The position numbers and the translations under genes were made by a program. Under the pieces are notes generated by a model. That model was given only the letters and a program-made list of their open reading frames with translations, was not told the DNA's origin and searched no databases. Below, in pieces: positions 1-10,598 of a DNA stretch of 64,000 bases. Numbering within the stretch: the stretch's first letter is position 1; every line of letters begins with the position of its first letter. The DNA is from Saprospiraceae bacterium (GTDB lineage Bacteria > Bacteroidota > Bacteroidia > Chitinophagales > Saprospiraceae): contig JANQQI010000106.1 in the NCBI GenBank assembly GCA_028285085.1, forward strand, positions 2,224 through 66,223, written 5' to 3'.

Positions 1-1
1 G

Positions 2-517
2 CAACGCTTGCAGGCTTTTCAAGAACATCTCCCGGATAGTCCGGTGACCCAGGCCTTGACGAAGCAAGTTAAGCAAGTGAAAGCAACGGCACTTGGTGAG
101 CGACCACCCGTACTCGGCGGGAAGGACCGCAGCGGCAAAGTGGTCAATCTAAATGACTACCGGGGCCAAACGGTACTGATCGATTTTTGGGCCGCCTGGT
201 GTCGCGCTTGTCGGGTGGAGAATCCGAAGTTGGCTCAATTGTACGAGCAATATCACGATCAAGGCTTTACCATTTTGAGTATTTCTCAAGATGAAACGGC
301 TGTAGAATGGGAGCAAGCAATTACCAAAGATGGTATCGGAGCCTGGCAGCATCTTTGGGATCAGGATCGGGCAATTTCTCAACGCTACAGCGTATCCTCT
401 TTGCCGCAAAATGTGGTACTGGATGCCGAGGGAGAAATCATTGCCAAGAATGTCGACGCGCAAGTGTTAGCTGGTTTGCTTGAGAAGACATTTAAGAAAC
501 CTAATGCTACGGAATAG
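2..517 (+). CDS. Thioredoxin-fold thiol:disulfide oxidoreductase (TlpA/AhpC-TSA-like), 5' end cut by the window edge
   Basis: The reading frame is open from the window edge. It has the CxxC motif 'FWAAWCRACRVE' and the typical context 'GKVVNLNDYRGQTVLIDFWA'. The C-terminal 'SLPQNVVLDAEGEIIAKN' matches TlpA/ResA-like proteins. Confidence 0.8.
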   Translation, partial: QRLQAFQEHLPDSPVTQALTKQVKQVKATALGERPPVLGGKDRSGKVVNLNDYRGQTVLIDFWAAWCRACRVENPKLAQLYEQYHDQGFTILSISQDETAVEWEQAITKDGIGAWQHLWDQDRAISQRYSVSSLPQNVVLDAEGEIIAKNVDAQVLAGLLEKTFKKPNATE

Positions 518-530
518 CTGGAGCAATTCT

Positions 531-1250
531 TTAAAGGCAATAGCTCTTCAACCGTTTCAGAACCTCATTTTTGTATAAGCGGCCAATGGGAATGGACTGC
601 TCACCGATGACGACATTGGTGTTCGAGTATTGCTGGATTTGGTCAAGGCGAACGATGAACGAGCGATGGATGCGCAGGAAAGATTGTTGTGGTAGCTTTT
701 CCTCCATCTCGCTGATGGTGAGCAGCGGGGTAAGTTGCTGCCCGGCGGTGACGATACGGACATGGTTTTTCAGGCTTTCGATGTAGCGGATATCTTCGAG
801 CAGCACCTTGGTGTGGTGTCGGTCCACCTTGACGTAGATAAAAGGCGGCGTGGTCGCTGCGACAGTGTCGACCATTGGCTGGGCTGTGGGGGCCTGGCGC
901 TGTGCCAGCCGATAGATCTTACCAATGGCTTGCATAAAACGCTCTAGGGCGATTGGCTTGAGTAAATAGTCGACGATATCCAGATCGTAACCTTCCAAAG
1001 CATATTCGCGGTGAGCTGTGGTGAGGATGACATAAGGCGGCCGAGCCAGGGATTTTAACAAACTTAGGCCGGACATGCGGGGCATTTGAATATCCAAAAA
1101 CAGAATATCGACCGGCTGGCTTTGCAGTCGGGCGAAAGCCTCCGTCGCGCTATGGTGGATGCTAGCGACCTCCAGGCCATCGATATGGCTAATGTGGCTG
1201 GCGATGACTTTGGTGGCCAGCGGCTCGTCGTCAACAATCATACATTTCAT
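531..1250 (-). CDS. LytTR-family two-component response regulator (receiver + LytTR DNA-binding domain)
   Basis: The N-terminal receiver reads 'MIVDDEPLA...DILFLDIQMPRMSGL'. The C-terminal LytTR-like part reads 'IRYIESLKNHVRIVT...FLRIHRSFIV'. The start overlaps the upstream kinase gene by 4 bp. Confidence 0.9.
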   Translation of the reverse strand: MKCMIVDDEPLATKVIASHISHIDGLEVASIHHSATEAFARLQSQPVDILFLDIQMPRMSGLSLLKSLARPPYVILTTAHREYALEGYDLDIVDYLLKPIALERFMQAIGKIYRLAQRQAPTAQPMVDTVAATTPPFIYVKVDRHHTKVLLEDIRYIESLKNHVRIVTAGQQLTPLLTISEMEEKLPQQSFLRIHRSFIVRLDQIQQYSNTNVVIGEQSIPIGRLYKNEVLKRLKSYCL

Positions 1251-2320
1251 GGCTGCAATTGGAGTTTGAGGTGAATCAAAAAGGATTGATTTTTCTGAAC
1301 GAGCAATTCGTGTCGATCGGGGTAGAGCAATTGTAGGCGCTTGCGGACATTTTGCAGGCCGATGCCACTTTGGATCGTCTGGGTATCTTTTTCGTCAATG
1401 ACTTCCGGTAGATTGTTCTCTACTTTAAAGCTCAAGTTTTGCTCCTCCACCCACACGTTGACGCGAATCCAGGCTTGTCGGTCGTCTTTGGCGGCACCGT
1501 GCTTGAAGGCGTTTTCGAGAAAACCAATTAAAAGCAAAGGGGCAATTTGCCGGCCTTCTATCGGCCCCGCCACTTCGAAAGACAAATCCAGGCGCTCGCC
1601 GTAGCGGACTTTCTCCAGTTCCAAATAATTGCGCAGGTGATCCAACTCCCGGTTCAGAGGGATGTAATCGACATCACATTCGTACAGCATGTAGCTCATG
1701 ATGTTCGAGAGGCGCAAAACGACATCTGGCGCATGTTGGTCACCGGTGAGTACGAGTCCGTAGAGGTTGTTGAGTGTATTAAAAAGGAAATGGGGATGGA
1801 GTTGGTTTTTTAAAAGCTGTAGCTCCGCGCTCAGACGCTGTTTGACCAGATGTTCATTATCCTTCTCCTGGGTGATACTGCGTTGGAATAGTTTAATGAT
1901 GGTCGGTAGTGATGCAATGTAGATGAGATCAAGGACCTTATAAAACATCTTGGGATTAAAGATCGGATAGGGCGGGAGATCGAATAGTAATGGCCTTAAG
2001 TGGTACACATCAATGAAACGCAATAAAATAGCACTCAAAGTGGCTAGCAAAACGGCCCAAAAGAAAAAGCTGAAATATTTTTTCTTAAATAAAAAATTGG
2101 GTAGCAAGTAGTAAACGACGAAGTAAACATAAACGAGTTTGACTGGCATAAAGCAAAGCTCGACGTACATCCAATCGAGATATTGTCCGTCGTGATAATT
2201 GCCGTTGATCGTTGTATAAAATAGTAGCCATCCCAGCCAGTACAAAACGTGGCGGGCGATCCGTTCACCGGTCCAGCTATGATATGTCTTATCCAATCTC
2301 CACATAGACATGTGCGACAT
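1247..2320 (-). CDS. LytS/YehU-type membrane sensor histidine kinase
   Basis: The N-terminal half is hydrophobic with several TM helices. It carries the His_kinase motif 'LHPHFLFNTLNNLYGL' and a C-terminal HATPase-like part 'LLIGFLENAFKHG...GIGLQNVRKRL'. It is translationally coupled to the LytTR regulator. Confidence 0.85.
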   Translation of the reverse strand: MSHMSMWRLDKTYHSWTGERIARHVLYWLGWLLFYTTINGNYHDGQYLDWMYVELCFMPVKLVYVYFVVYYLLPNFLFKKKYFSFFFWAVLLATLSAILLRFIDVYHLRPLLFDLPPYPIFNPKMFYKVLDLIYIASLPTIIKLFQRSITQEKDNEHLVKQRLSAELQLLKNQLHPHFLFNTLNNLYGLVLTGDQHAPDVVLRLSNIMSYMLYECDVDYIPLNRELDHLRNYLELEKVRYGERLDLSFEVAGPIEGRQIAPLLLIGFLENAFKHGAAKDDRQAWIRVNVWVEEQNLSFKVENNLPEVIDEKDTQTIQSGIGLQNVRKRLQLLYPDRHELLVQKNQSFLIHLKLQLQP

Positions 2321-2549
2321 TCAGTTTTTAAGTGAGTTGTAATGTGCAATATTTAAATAAAAAATACCTGTTTTCAAACCCCTGAGGGCAAACTGTCGAT
2401 TTTCCGGGACTAAAACCTGTTTTGATGTGCCAAATGGCATCGACAATGCAGATGAAGTTATTGAGCCCTTTGATTTCTGAATTGGGCATTTATCTCAGCG
2501 GGACCTATAAAAGAAGGTGTACTTACGATCCAAACAAGTGCTCCTTAAG

Positions 2550-4979
2550 ATGAAATACTACCAATCGATCGCCCTTAGTATCTTTTTTTGGGTCTTCGCA
2601 ATGATTGCGAACATATCCGCGCAAGGCACGGTATCCGGTCGAGTGATTGATGCTCGACTGGAGCCGATTGCTTTTGCTAATGTCATGTTACTTAACGTTG
2701 CCGATTCCAGTCTCGTGCGCGGCGCCATCACCGACGAAGCTGGGCAATTTGCCTTAGATGTTGAAACTGGTAAATCTTACCTCTTAGCCGCTTCCTTTAT
2801 TGGCTTTCAAATTAACTATACCGAACCCTTTATTTTAGACCGTCCAAATACCCTAAAACTACCTGATCTGACTTTGCAGGAAAATACCGCTGAACTGGAA
2901 ACCGTGACGGTTGTGGCCGAAAAGCCATTGTTCGAACAGCAAATTGATCGAACGGTCATCAATGTACGGGAAAGTGTTACCTCCGCGGGTGGAACAGCTC
3001 TTGAGATATTAGAAAAATCGCCGGGTGTCGTTGTTGATCAAGGTAACAATGTGCTATCCTTGCTCGGTAAGCAAGGCGTCATCATCATGATCAACGGGAA
3101 GCGTAATCGTATGGATCAGGCTTCTGTCATTCAAATGCTTAGTGCTATGCCGGCCGATAATATTGAAAAGATCGAATTGATCACGACACCGCCAGCCAAT
3201 TATGATGCCGAGGGAGATGCCGGCATCATCAATATCCAATTGCGTCGGAATACCGGTGATGGATTCAATGGTAATTATGGCCTTAATACGGCCTACGGCC
3301 TGCGTCCCAAGTGGGGAGGGCATCTGAATGTCAATCTGCGACAAGGCGCCTGGAATGTATACGGGGAGGCCTCCACTAGTTGGCGATACCTCCAGCAAGA
3401 TGCGGACTATGGTCGTAGCTTGACCCAGAATGGCCAGTTGGTTGAAACGGAGGGCAACAGTTATCGTCCCGCTTTTCAGGGTTTGCATCGGGGGCAGATC
3501 GGGCTGGACTATCAACCGAACGATCGAACGATTATTGGTGCCTTGCTTTCGGGCTATACGAGTATCTGGACGCTCGATGCGCGCACCAATTCCCGTAACT
3601 TGGTAGAAGGCGAGTTGGAAGAAGAGCAAGTGCTACGCAGCGACGAACTAAATCGCTGGGACCATTGGATGGCTAATTTCAACCTTCGTCAGCAATTACG
3701 GGAAGCGGAGACACTGACTTTTGACTTCGATTATCTGTATTATGTGGATGATAATCCCACCGATTATCTAAACGAGGTTTTCGATGCTCAAAAGAATCTT
3801 ACGGGGACCCAGTCAATCCGCTCCCGCAAGGCGACGCCCATCAACTTCTGGGTAGCACGCCTGGACTATGAGCGCCAATGGAATGAGCGCTTACGATTCT
3901 CCGCGGGACTTAAAGGAACATGGTCGAGCTTTATCAATGACATCAGTGTAGAATATCTCGAAGGGAGCGAATGGGTGATCGAACCACTGTTTACCGCGCG
4001 CTACGATTTACAGGAGCGGATTGGCGCGGGCTATGTGTCGAGCGATCTGCAGCTGAGTCCCAAAACGACCATCAAAGCAGGTCTGCGTTACGAGCTAACC
4101 GTTTCCAATCTCGGTACAGAAACGATCCCCGATATTGTAGATCGTACCTACGGGCGTTGGTTCCCATCTTTTTTTGTGACCCACGATATCAGTGATCAAC
4201 AACGGATCGGGGCCTCCTTCAGCCAGCGTATTACCCGTCCGAGCTTTAATGTTATTGCACCAGCGCTCTTTTTCTGGGGCCCGAATACGCTGCTGGCGGG
4301 GAATCCTTCGGTCCAGCCGACTATCACCAGCACGAGCAAGTTAGAGTATCGATTTCGTACCATGCTCTTGACCTTGCAGTATAGCTACGATGAATTGCCC
4401 ATCGTATGGGGGCAACCTACCGTAGATGTCGCTTCGAACCAATTGGTCAATCGATCCACAAATATGAAAGACCGCCATACCGCAATGTTCTCCTTGAGTT
4501 TTCCGATTCAATTTACCTCCTGGTGGAACTCGCGTTACAACTTTGCAGCTTTCTGGCAGCGACAGCGTCCGGTTTATGAAGAAATTATTGTAACGCGAGA
4601 TGACCGCTACTACACCGCTAATTTGAGTCAACAATTTCAGCTCGGAAATCAATGGCAAACCGAGCTAAGTGGTCGTGTCAATTCAGCCCGGGCCTATGGC
4701 TTCGGCAAAATTCCCGTGCGCGGCGCCATTAATTTGGGATTACAAAAACAATGGGGGAGTAGCCGGGTGAGCTTGAATTGGACCGATATTTTTAAAACCG
4801 GCAACTTCTTCGAGATCAATTACAACGATCCTGCTTTGGAATTTCAATCGTCGTGGCTTTATCACTGGGAAGGCTCGATAGTTCGACTAAGTTATACGTA
4901 TGACTTCGGCCGGGAGCAGGTGCGCCAGAAACGTCAGCGCGCGACCGGTTCGGAGACGGAACGTAGCCGGGTCCAATAG
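2550..4979 (+). CDS. TonB-dependent-receptor-like outer membrane beta-barrel protein with CarboxypepD_reg N-terminal domain
   Basis: It has a signal peptide (MKYYQSIALSIFFWVFAMIANISAQ) and a 'GTVSGRVIDA...' carboxypeptidase-regulatory-like domain. A plug-like segment follows ('EILEKSPGV...', 'IEKIELITTPPANYDAEG'), then a long beta-rich C-terminus ending in aromatic residues. I prefer the ATG at 2550 over the GTG at 2517. Confidence 0.8.
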   Translation: MKYYQSIALSIFFWVFAMIANISAQGTVSGRVIDARLEPIAFANVMLLNVADSSLVRGAITDEAGQFALDVETGKSYLLAASFIGFQINYTEPFILDRPNTLKLPDLTLQENTAELETVTVVAEKPLFEQQIDRTVINVRESVTSAGGTALEILEKSPGVVVDQGNNVLSLLGKQGVIIMINGKRNRMDQASVIQMLSAMPADNIEKIELITTPPANYDAEGDAGIINIQLRRNTGDGFNGNYGLNTAYGLRPKWGGHLNVNLRQGAWNVYGEASTSWRYLQQDADYGRSLTQNGQLVETEGNSYRPAFQGLHRGQIGLDYQPNDRTIIGALLSGYTSIWTLDARTNSRNLVEGELEEEQVLRSDELNRWDHWMANFNLRQQLREAETLTFDFDYLYYVDDNPTDYLNEVFDAQKNLTGTQSIRSRKATPINFWVARLDYERQWNERLRFSAGLKGTWSSFINDISVEYLEGSEWVIEPLFTARYDLQERIGAGYVSSDLQLSPKTTIKAGLRYELTVSNLGTETIPDIVDRTYGRWFPSFFVTHDISDQQRIGASFSQRITRPSFNVIAPALFFWGPNTLLAGNPSVQPTITSTSKLEYRFRTMLLTLQYSYDELPIVWGQPTVDVASNQLVNRSTNMKDRHTAMFSLSFPIQFTSWWNSRYNFAAFWQRQRPVYEEIIVTRDDRYYTANLSQQFQLGNQWQTELSGRVNSARAYGFGKIPVRGAINLGLQKQWGSSRVSLNWTDIFKTGNFFEINYNDPALEFQSSWLYHWEGSIVRLSYTYDFGREQVRQKRQRATGSETERSRVQ

Positions 4980-5236
4980 GGTTAAAAAAGCAAAAGGTTA
5001 ACCTCCACGTCAACCTTTTACTGACAACTTGTGCTTTCCTATAAAATCACAGTTAATTAATTCCAGTGCTGTTTTTGGGATAGCTTTATATTTTTTGTTT
5101 GTTCAAAACTGTTGTAGCGAATCTGGTGGCAAGATACAGTGCTTGTTCAGGGAATCCGCTCTGGGCTAATATTTGAGCAGCAACGAAGAAAAATTTCAAT
5201 AAGACTTCTAAGTGAATTCACTCTTAATTGTTCATC

Positions 5237-5265
5237 AAAAAAAGAAGGACGCATTAGCGTCCTTC
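5237..5265 (-). terminator. Rho-independent terminator downstream of the 5365..6447 gene
   Basis: The 9-bp GC-rich stem is GAAGGACGC (5244-5252) / GCGTCCTTC (5257-5265) with loop ATTA. On the minus strand it is followed by a T7 run (A-run at 5237-5243 on plus). Confidence 0.6.
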
Positions 5266-5364
5266 TCGTTCAATAATATCTTTCTTCTTTGTACAACTAC
5301 AAGATTCAACTTTTAACGCAAAACTTTTTCGTGAACTGATTTTTCCATTTTTATGAAGAAAAAA

Positions 5365-6447
5365 CTATTTCCCTTTCACGATTTGTTGCTGATGGCGATA
5401 ATCGCCGTTAGTAATCTGTAGCAGATAGGTACCATTAGGAATACTCTGGAGGTCAAGAATAACTTCTACCGCTTGACTCGCGGGTAAATAATTGCGGTAT
5501 TGCTCCTGTCCGATAAGATTATATAATACAATTTCTGTCGTTTGATCGGAATCAGGGAGACGGACTTTAAGCTCATCCTTGACAGGATTCGGGTAAATGG
5601 ATATTATAGAAATTGATGGTTCGAAAACAACGACTACAGTCTCACTGTAGGTAATGCGACCGTCAAGGTCTTCCTGCCGGAGACGGTAATAATTCGCATT
5701 GGCTAAAGGCGACGCATCACGATACTGATAGGTTTTCAATTCGTAAGAATTAGCACTAGCGGAGAAACTTTCCAGTTCAATAAAGTTAACGCCATCGGCA
5801 CTCCGCTCCAGGCTAAAGAAGGCGTGATCAATTTCTGAAGCCGTAGCCCATTCCAGCTCGATCACCTCACTTGCCGGTATGGCACGGAAGTACAACAGTT
5901 CTACAGGTAGGGCGCTCAGGGCCAAAAAATCTTGATCATCATTGACTGCGCCACAATTGGCATCCCCAGGTATCCCCCAGGTAAAATCTCCGTATTCGAA
6001 CCCTACACCTTGTAATTGCAACGAGTTGCCATTAGCAGTTTGTGTACCGATATTTTCGGAAGTTTGGCCGCCAGCAGGGCCATCTACGGCCACCAATTCA
6101 TCCGTGTAGCTAATAAATTGAATGAGGTTATCATTATCGTCCACTAACGACATACCTCCCGAAGTTGGCGTAAGTAAGACAATGTCAACTTCAATAATGT
6201 TGAAGCCCGAAGGGGTAGTAGTAGAAGGGGGGACACCGGTCAGCGAAACGGTATCCAGCGCTACGCCCACATCGTTGTAGGTCGTCACGGACCAACCCGT
6301 CAAATCTTCACCGGGGCCGGCCGCTAATTCAACGCATAAATCGGGATTGAGCTGATCAATTTCGTTAAAGAATACATTTTGGCCACTTAAGGTTACGGAC
6401 CACGACCACAACAACAAGCATAGCAGAAAGCTTTTTTTTAGTTTCAT
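5365..6447 (-). CDS. Secreted protein with T9SS C-terminal sorting domain (N-terminal lamin-tail-like domain)
   Basis: It has a signal peptide 'MKLKKSFLLCLLLWSWSVTLSGQ' and an LTD-like 'VFFNEID...VELAAGPGEDLTGWSV'. The C-terminus 'IYPNPVKDELKVRL...GTYLLQITNG' is typical of T9SS type-A CTDs. Confidence 0.75.
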   Translation of the reverse strand: MKLKKSFLLCLLLWSWSVTLSGQNVFFNEIDQLNPDLCVELAAGPGEDLTGWSVTTYNDVGVALDTVSLTGVPPSTTTPSGFNIIEVDIVLLTPTSGGMSLVDDNDNLIQFISYTDELVAVDGPAGGQTSENIGTQTANGNSLQLQGVGFEYGDFTWGIPGDANCGAVNDDQDFLALSALPVELLYFRAIPASEVIELEWATASEIDHAFFSLERSADGVNFIELESFSASANSYELKTYQYRDASPLANANYYRLRQEDLDGRITYSETVVVVFEPSISIISIYPNPVKDELKVRLPDSDQTTEIVLYNLIGQEQYRNYLPASQAVEVILDLQSIPNGTYLLQITNGDYRHQQQIVKGK

Positions 6448-6604
6448 ATCTTTTGCGCTAAAAATGAGTAAATACTTCGAACGGATAGAAGGACTACCCG
6501 ACGAGTTGCCGATGATTGTTGTACAAAGTGGAAGGTAGTACTGAACGTACTTCTTGGAAAGAAAGTAATTTAAAAGTATTGTTTTTTCGGCTGATAAACA
6601 ATAT

Positions 6605-8104
6605 TCATGGCATTTTATAATAGGCGACCAACTCTTCCAAAGTATTTTTTATACTCCGAAAACGATCACTTTGGGCCTCAGCGATGAGCTGCCGAAGTTT
6701 GCGGGGATATTGCTCCCGCCCAGTTTCCAGCCATTTCGCCGCATAATAAAAACCGTGGATAGTGACGTCATTGTGCGGATTAATATCCTTTTTTTTAGTG
6801 GCTTTGCGGTAGCGCAAATAATTGTTTTCTACATTTTTATAATCCTCTAAGCAAAAATAAGCGGTACCAATCGTAGAGTAGATCGCATCTGCATAGGCCT
6901 GAAACGAAACTTGCTGATAAGTGATCAAGGTTTGCTGCAGTAGTTCAATGGCCTTTTTCAAAGCTTGCTTGGTACCATCCACAAGCAACAAGACAGCATA
7001 GATAGTGGTCAGGTTGATATAGCGAATCGTGAAATGTTCTTCCAAGGTTGTATTATCCAAAATCCGCTCGCATTCTTGCATTAAATCCTCGAGTTGCTCG
7101 CGAATGACTTCTGGCATCGCAGTTGGTTCATCCCGTCGGTAGGCGGTCATGTAATTGCTGATAAAAAAATTGGCTTGCGCGTTAATGATGACCAGTTCCG
7201 CAGGATTGATATAGCTATTCCAATACAAAATATCCTGATTGCCGCGCAAAAGTTCTTTTGATTTTTCGAGTATTTCCTGGATGTTGACTTTGTACAATTG
7301 ATAGCGCAGCTTCAGATAGCGGACCCGGTGTGCAAAATCTACTAAGTAGGGAAGAAGGAGGTAACTGTATTTGTCGAGTTGGGCCTCGATAGCATTCAGT
7401 AGGTCATAGGTTGGCTCGGTAAAAAATCGATTGTCTTTTTGATAATGGAGAAAGAAGCAGTAGTTGTAACGGCTGATAATTTGTACCATCACACTCCGAT
7501 GCTCAAAATGATCGGAAAAATAGGTCAGTGTTTCCGCGGAATCCACCTTGGTGGGTTTGGCCTTCAGATGATAGCTTTGATAGGATCGCTCAAATAGAGC
7601 CGTGATGGTTTGCTGATGAGCAAGTGCGGTTTGCGCTTTTTGCAAATAATCAGTGGCTTGCCGCGAAGACTCCAGCAAAATGCTTTGCTGTGCAAGGACT
7701 TGTAAAATGCTGACTTGCGTCGAATAGTCTTCGATTTTTTCAGCTATTTCCAGCAGCCAAGTAGCCAGGCGATTGGCGTGATCTAGGGCTCCGGTATTGA
7801 TGAGCTGTTGGAAGCGAGAGAGGTTATGTTGTAAATAATGGGGATAATTTTTTGATAAAAAAGTAGTTAATCCAAAGGTGTAATGGGCTAATTGATACAG
7901 CTTCTTACGATTCTTATCATTCACCTCATTATAAACCGATTTGCAAAGGAAATCGGTCTCTTCTTCGATCAACATGTCCCGACTAATGACATCAATCAGC
8001 GCAAGAGGATAATAAGATCGAAGGCTAATGTTTTTAACGTAGTCGCGAAAGGCATTGTAGTGAAAGTCGTCTAGTAATTTGATCGTTTTAACGATAGTCA
8101 ACAT
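6605..8104 (-). CDS. Hypothetical all-helical (TPR-like) protein, 499 aa
   Basis: This is a long ORF with an ATG start and no TM or signal sequence. Its composition is helical and repeat-like. It lies co-directionally 119 bp downstream of the TonB-dependent receptor. I did not recognise a family. Confidence 0.6.
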   Translation of the reverse strand: MLTIVKTIKLLDDFHYNAFRDYVKNISLRSYYPLALIDVISRDMLIEEETDFLCKSVYNEVNDKNRKKLYQLAHYTFGLTTFLSKNYPHYLQHNLSRFQQLINTGALDHANRLATWLLEIAEKIEDYSTQVSILQVLAQQSILLESSRQATDYLQKAQTALAHQQTITALFERSYQSYHLKAKPTKVDSAETLTYFSDHFEHRSVMVQIISRYNYCFFLHYQKDNRFFTEPTYDLLNAIEAQLDKYSYLLLPYLVDFAHRVRYLKLRYQLYKVNIQEILEKSKELLRGNQDILYWNSYINPAELVIINAQANFFISNYMTAYRRDEPTAMPEVIREQLEDLMQECERILDNTTLEEHFTIRYINLTTIYAVLLLVDGTKQALKKAIELLQQTLITYQQVSFQAYADAIYSTIGTAYFCLEDYKNVENNYLRYRKATKKKDINPHNDVTIHGFYYAAKWLETGREQYPRKLRQLIAEAQSDRFRSIKNTLEELVAYYKMP

Positions 8105-8223
8105 AGCTTAAATGAGCTGGCAATTTGGTAATTCGATGCGATTTTCACCCTAAGCTAGCAAAAAAGAGGTGTAGACCATAACGATCTACACCTCTCTTTT
8201 CCACAAGGGACTTCAACCCTTAT

Positions 8224-10479
8224 CTAACCATCACCTTTACGATCCAAACTAAAGCGCAAGCCAATGAAACCCATCGCTCCTGTGATCGGAGCGTAAGTTT
8301 GAGCTGCATCGAAATACTCTCCAAAAGGATTTTCCCAATCAATGATCGGATTCTCCTGGCGATAGCCGGTGAGATTTTCACCACCAAAGTAAATTTCAAG
8401 TCGCTTGAACTTTCGGGTGATCTGTGCTCCGATTCGGACATAAGCCGGAGACATGCCATTATGATCAACAATGAGTTCATCCGGGAAGCCGTGATTGTGT
8501 GGGAAACGCTGGCGACCAATCAATTGATAGTTGGTATTGATCTGCCATTTGCCGTTGGGGAATTCATAATCTAAGGTTACTAATCCCCGGTGGCGAGCCA
8601 TTAAAGGTTGCTGCATTTGACCGTGGCCTCTGAAAGTCATTTGGACATCGTTGAATTTATAGGCGACCTTTACGTCGAGTCCCTGCAAGAGTTCAATCGC
8701 GAAGACCGCAAGCAAGCTATTCGCAAAAGATTCTCCGTCGAGATTGTAAAATTCCACAGTCTGAGCGTCGTGCTCACGATCCATGATGATCTGATTGTTG
8801 AACTGCGTACGGTATAGGTCCAGCGCAAAACTAGCATCACGTCCTTTGATCTTGAATTCTTGGGTGAAGTTTAAGCCAAAATTCCACGCCTCTTCGATGT
8901 CTAGATCTTCCAAGATCAATACCTCACGATTACTAGCCAGGATACTGATATTTTCTGCGATGACATTGGCTGTTCGATAACCACGCCCCGCGGAGAGTCT
9001 GGCTACACTATTATCTGTGAAGTTGTACTTCATATTGACGCGCGGGCTAATCAACCAACCAAACATATTGTGGTAGTCAGCACGGATACCAGCCACAACA
9101 CCTATTTTCTCTCGCCAGGTTTTTTCGACATCCGGCAGAGGGGTAACGCCGTAAGTATATTCAGCAAAAGCACCGGGCACTTTCTCGGTGCGGCTGAGAT
9201 CGATGTCATTGAGCTGCTCATCGTAATCATCGTAAAGAAAACTTCCACCAAAATTCAGCCGGTGATCCGTTGTGCCGATAATGGTATTGTACATTAAGTT
9301 GGCGTAAAAATTACGCTGTACACCTTGATGCCGGTCATTACCATAAGTCGAGTTCAGGTCATGCCAGGCGGCGTTAGTGATGAAGCCGATAGTGTTGTAA
9401 GGCTTATCAAAACCGAGGTAGCCTACCTTTCCGAAAAATTCTACCCGTTTATTCAGCTGATTGATCCCATAAATGGGCAAGGTGGTAACTTTTTCAGGAA
9501 TCTGACCGGTAGTATGTTCGTCGCGTAAAGCATGCACATTAAACTGTCCGCGCAGGACATCGCCCCGATAAAACAGCCGAAGCATTCCGTCAAACATTTC
9601 CTTTTGCGGTGTATCGTAAAAGGTATCATCATTTTGATCAAGACTATTACTGCGTTGACTGTGGTGCAATAAAACGCCGGCACTCCACTTGTCATTAAGC
9701 TGATCATTGAGGTGAACATTTACTTCGCTACGCCCAAAAGTAGAGCCATAGATATTGATAAATAACGGATCATCTTCAAAAGGCTTGATCAACTCGGTAT
9801 TCAATTGGCCAGTGATGGCTTGATAGCCGGTCATCACACTTCCTGCTCCCTTGGCGATTTGGAGGCTGTGCAACCAAGTGCCGGGGATATATTCCATATT
9901 AAAGGCGCTACCGAGGCCCGTCAAGATGGGGCGATTTTCGATTAGCATTTGCGAGTAGACACCCCGCAGCCCAAGCAATTGTATTTCGCGCGCACCGGTT
10001 ACGGCATCGTTGTAAGTAACATCGATCGAAGCGTTAGTCTCAAAGCTTTCGGCGAGATTACAGCAGGGCGCTTTGCGAAATTCGTCGGCCGTGACCACCT
10101 CTACATTGATTGGGTTGAGTAGCGATACGTAGTTGTCACGCAATTCTGCTGCTACCTCTACCGTCATTAAATCTGTGATCCCGTCAATGGTAATCATCAG
10201 ATCATTTTCGTGTGGTTCTACGAGGATATAAACCGGGTTATAACCAACGTAATTGATTTCTAGGTTGGCGGTAGTATCCGATTTCGGCAGGCTAAAAAAG
10301 CCATTTTCATCGGCTACCGTACCAATTGTGGTATACTCCCATTGGACCGTCGCACCGAAGAGAAATTCTCCCAGTTCGTTGACGACTGTCCCTCGCAAAG
10401 TGTCCGCTTCTTGTGCAATAGCAGCACGGCTACTCAGCATGAGGAGTAAGAAAAAACAGTACGATATTGTTGTTTTCAT
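8224..10479 (-). CDS. TonB-dependent receptor (CarboxypepD_reg + plug + barrel)
   Basis: It has a signal peptide and 'LRGTVVNELGE' (CarboxypepD_reg). The conserved Bacteroidota TBDR segment 'KAPCCNLAESFETNASIDVTYNDAVTGAREIQLLGLRG' is present. The C-terminus is beta-barrel-like and ends '...GFIGLRFSL'. Confidence 0.9.
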   Translation of the reverse strand: MKTTISYCFFLLLMLSSRAAIAQEADTLRGTVVNELGEFLFGATVQWEYTTIGTVADENGFFSLPKSDTTANLEINYVGYNPVYILVEPHENDLMITIDGITDLMTVEVAAELRDNYVSLLNPINVEVVTADEFRKAPCCNLAESFETNASIDVTYNDAVTGAREIQLLGLRGVYSQMLIENRPILTGLGSAFNMEYIPGTWLHSLQIAKGAGSVMTGYQAITGQLNTELIKPFEDDPLFINIYGSTFGRSEVNVHLNDQLNDKWSAGVLLHHSQRSNSLDQNDDTFYDTPQKEMFDGMLRLFYRGDVLRGQFNVHALRDEHTTGQIPEKVTTLPIYGINQLNKRVEFFGKVGYLGFDKPYNTIGFITNAAWHDLNSTYGNDRHQGVQRNFYANLMYNTIIGTTDHRLNFGGSFLYDDYDEQLNDIDLSRTEKVPGAFAEYTYGVTPLPDVEKTWREKIGVVAGIRADYHNMFGWLISPRVNMKYNFTDNSVARLSAGRGYRTANVIAENISILASNREVLILEDLDIEEAWNFGLNFTQEFKIKGRDASFALDLYRTQFNNQIIMDREHDAQTVEFYNLDGESFANSLLAVFAIELLQGLDVKVAYKFNDVQMTFRGHGQMQQPLMARHRGLVTLDYEFPNGKWQINTNYQLIGRQRFPHNHGFPDELIVDHNGMSPAYVRIGAQITRKFKRLEIYFGGENLTGYRQENPIIDWENPFGEYFDAAQTYAPITGAMGFIGLRFSLDRKGDG

Positions 10480-10598
10480 TTTATAATAATGTCAATTGTA
10501 AGTAAACGTAGTACACTTTAGCGTATACCGTAATACTTAAGCTGCATTCGTCCGAACGGACAAATGAAACCATTACCAATAAGATAAATTAGAGGATA

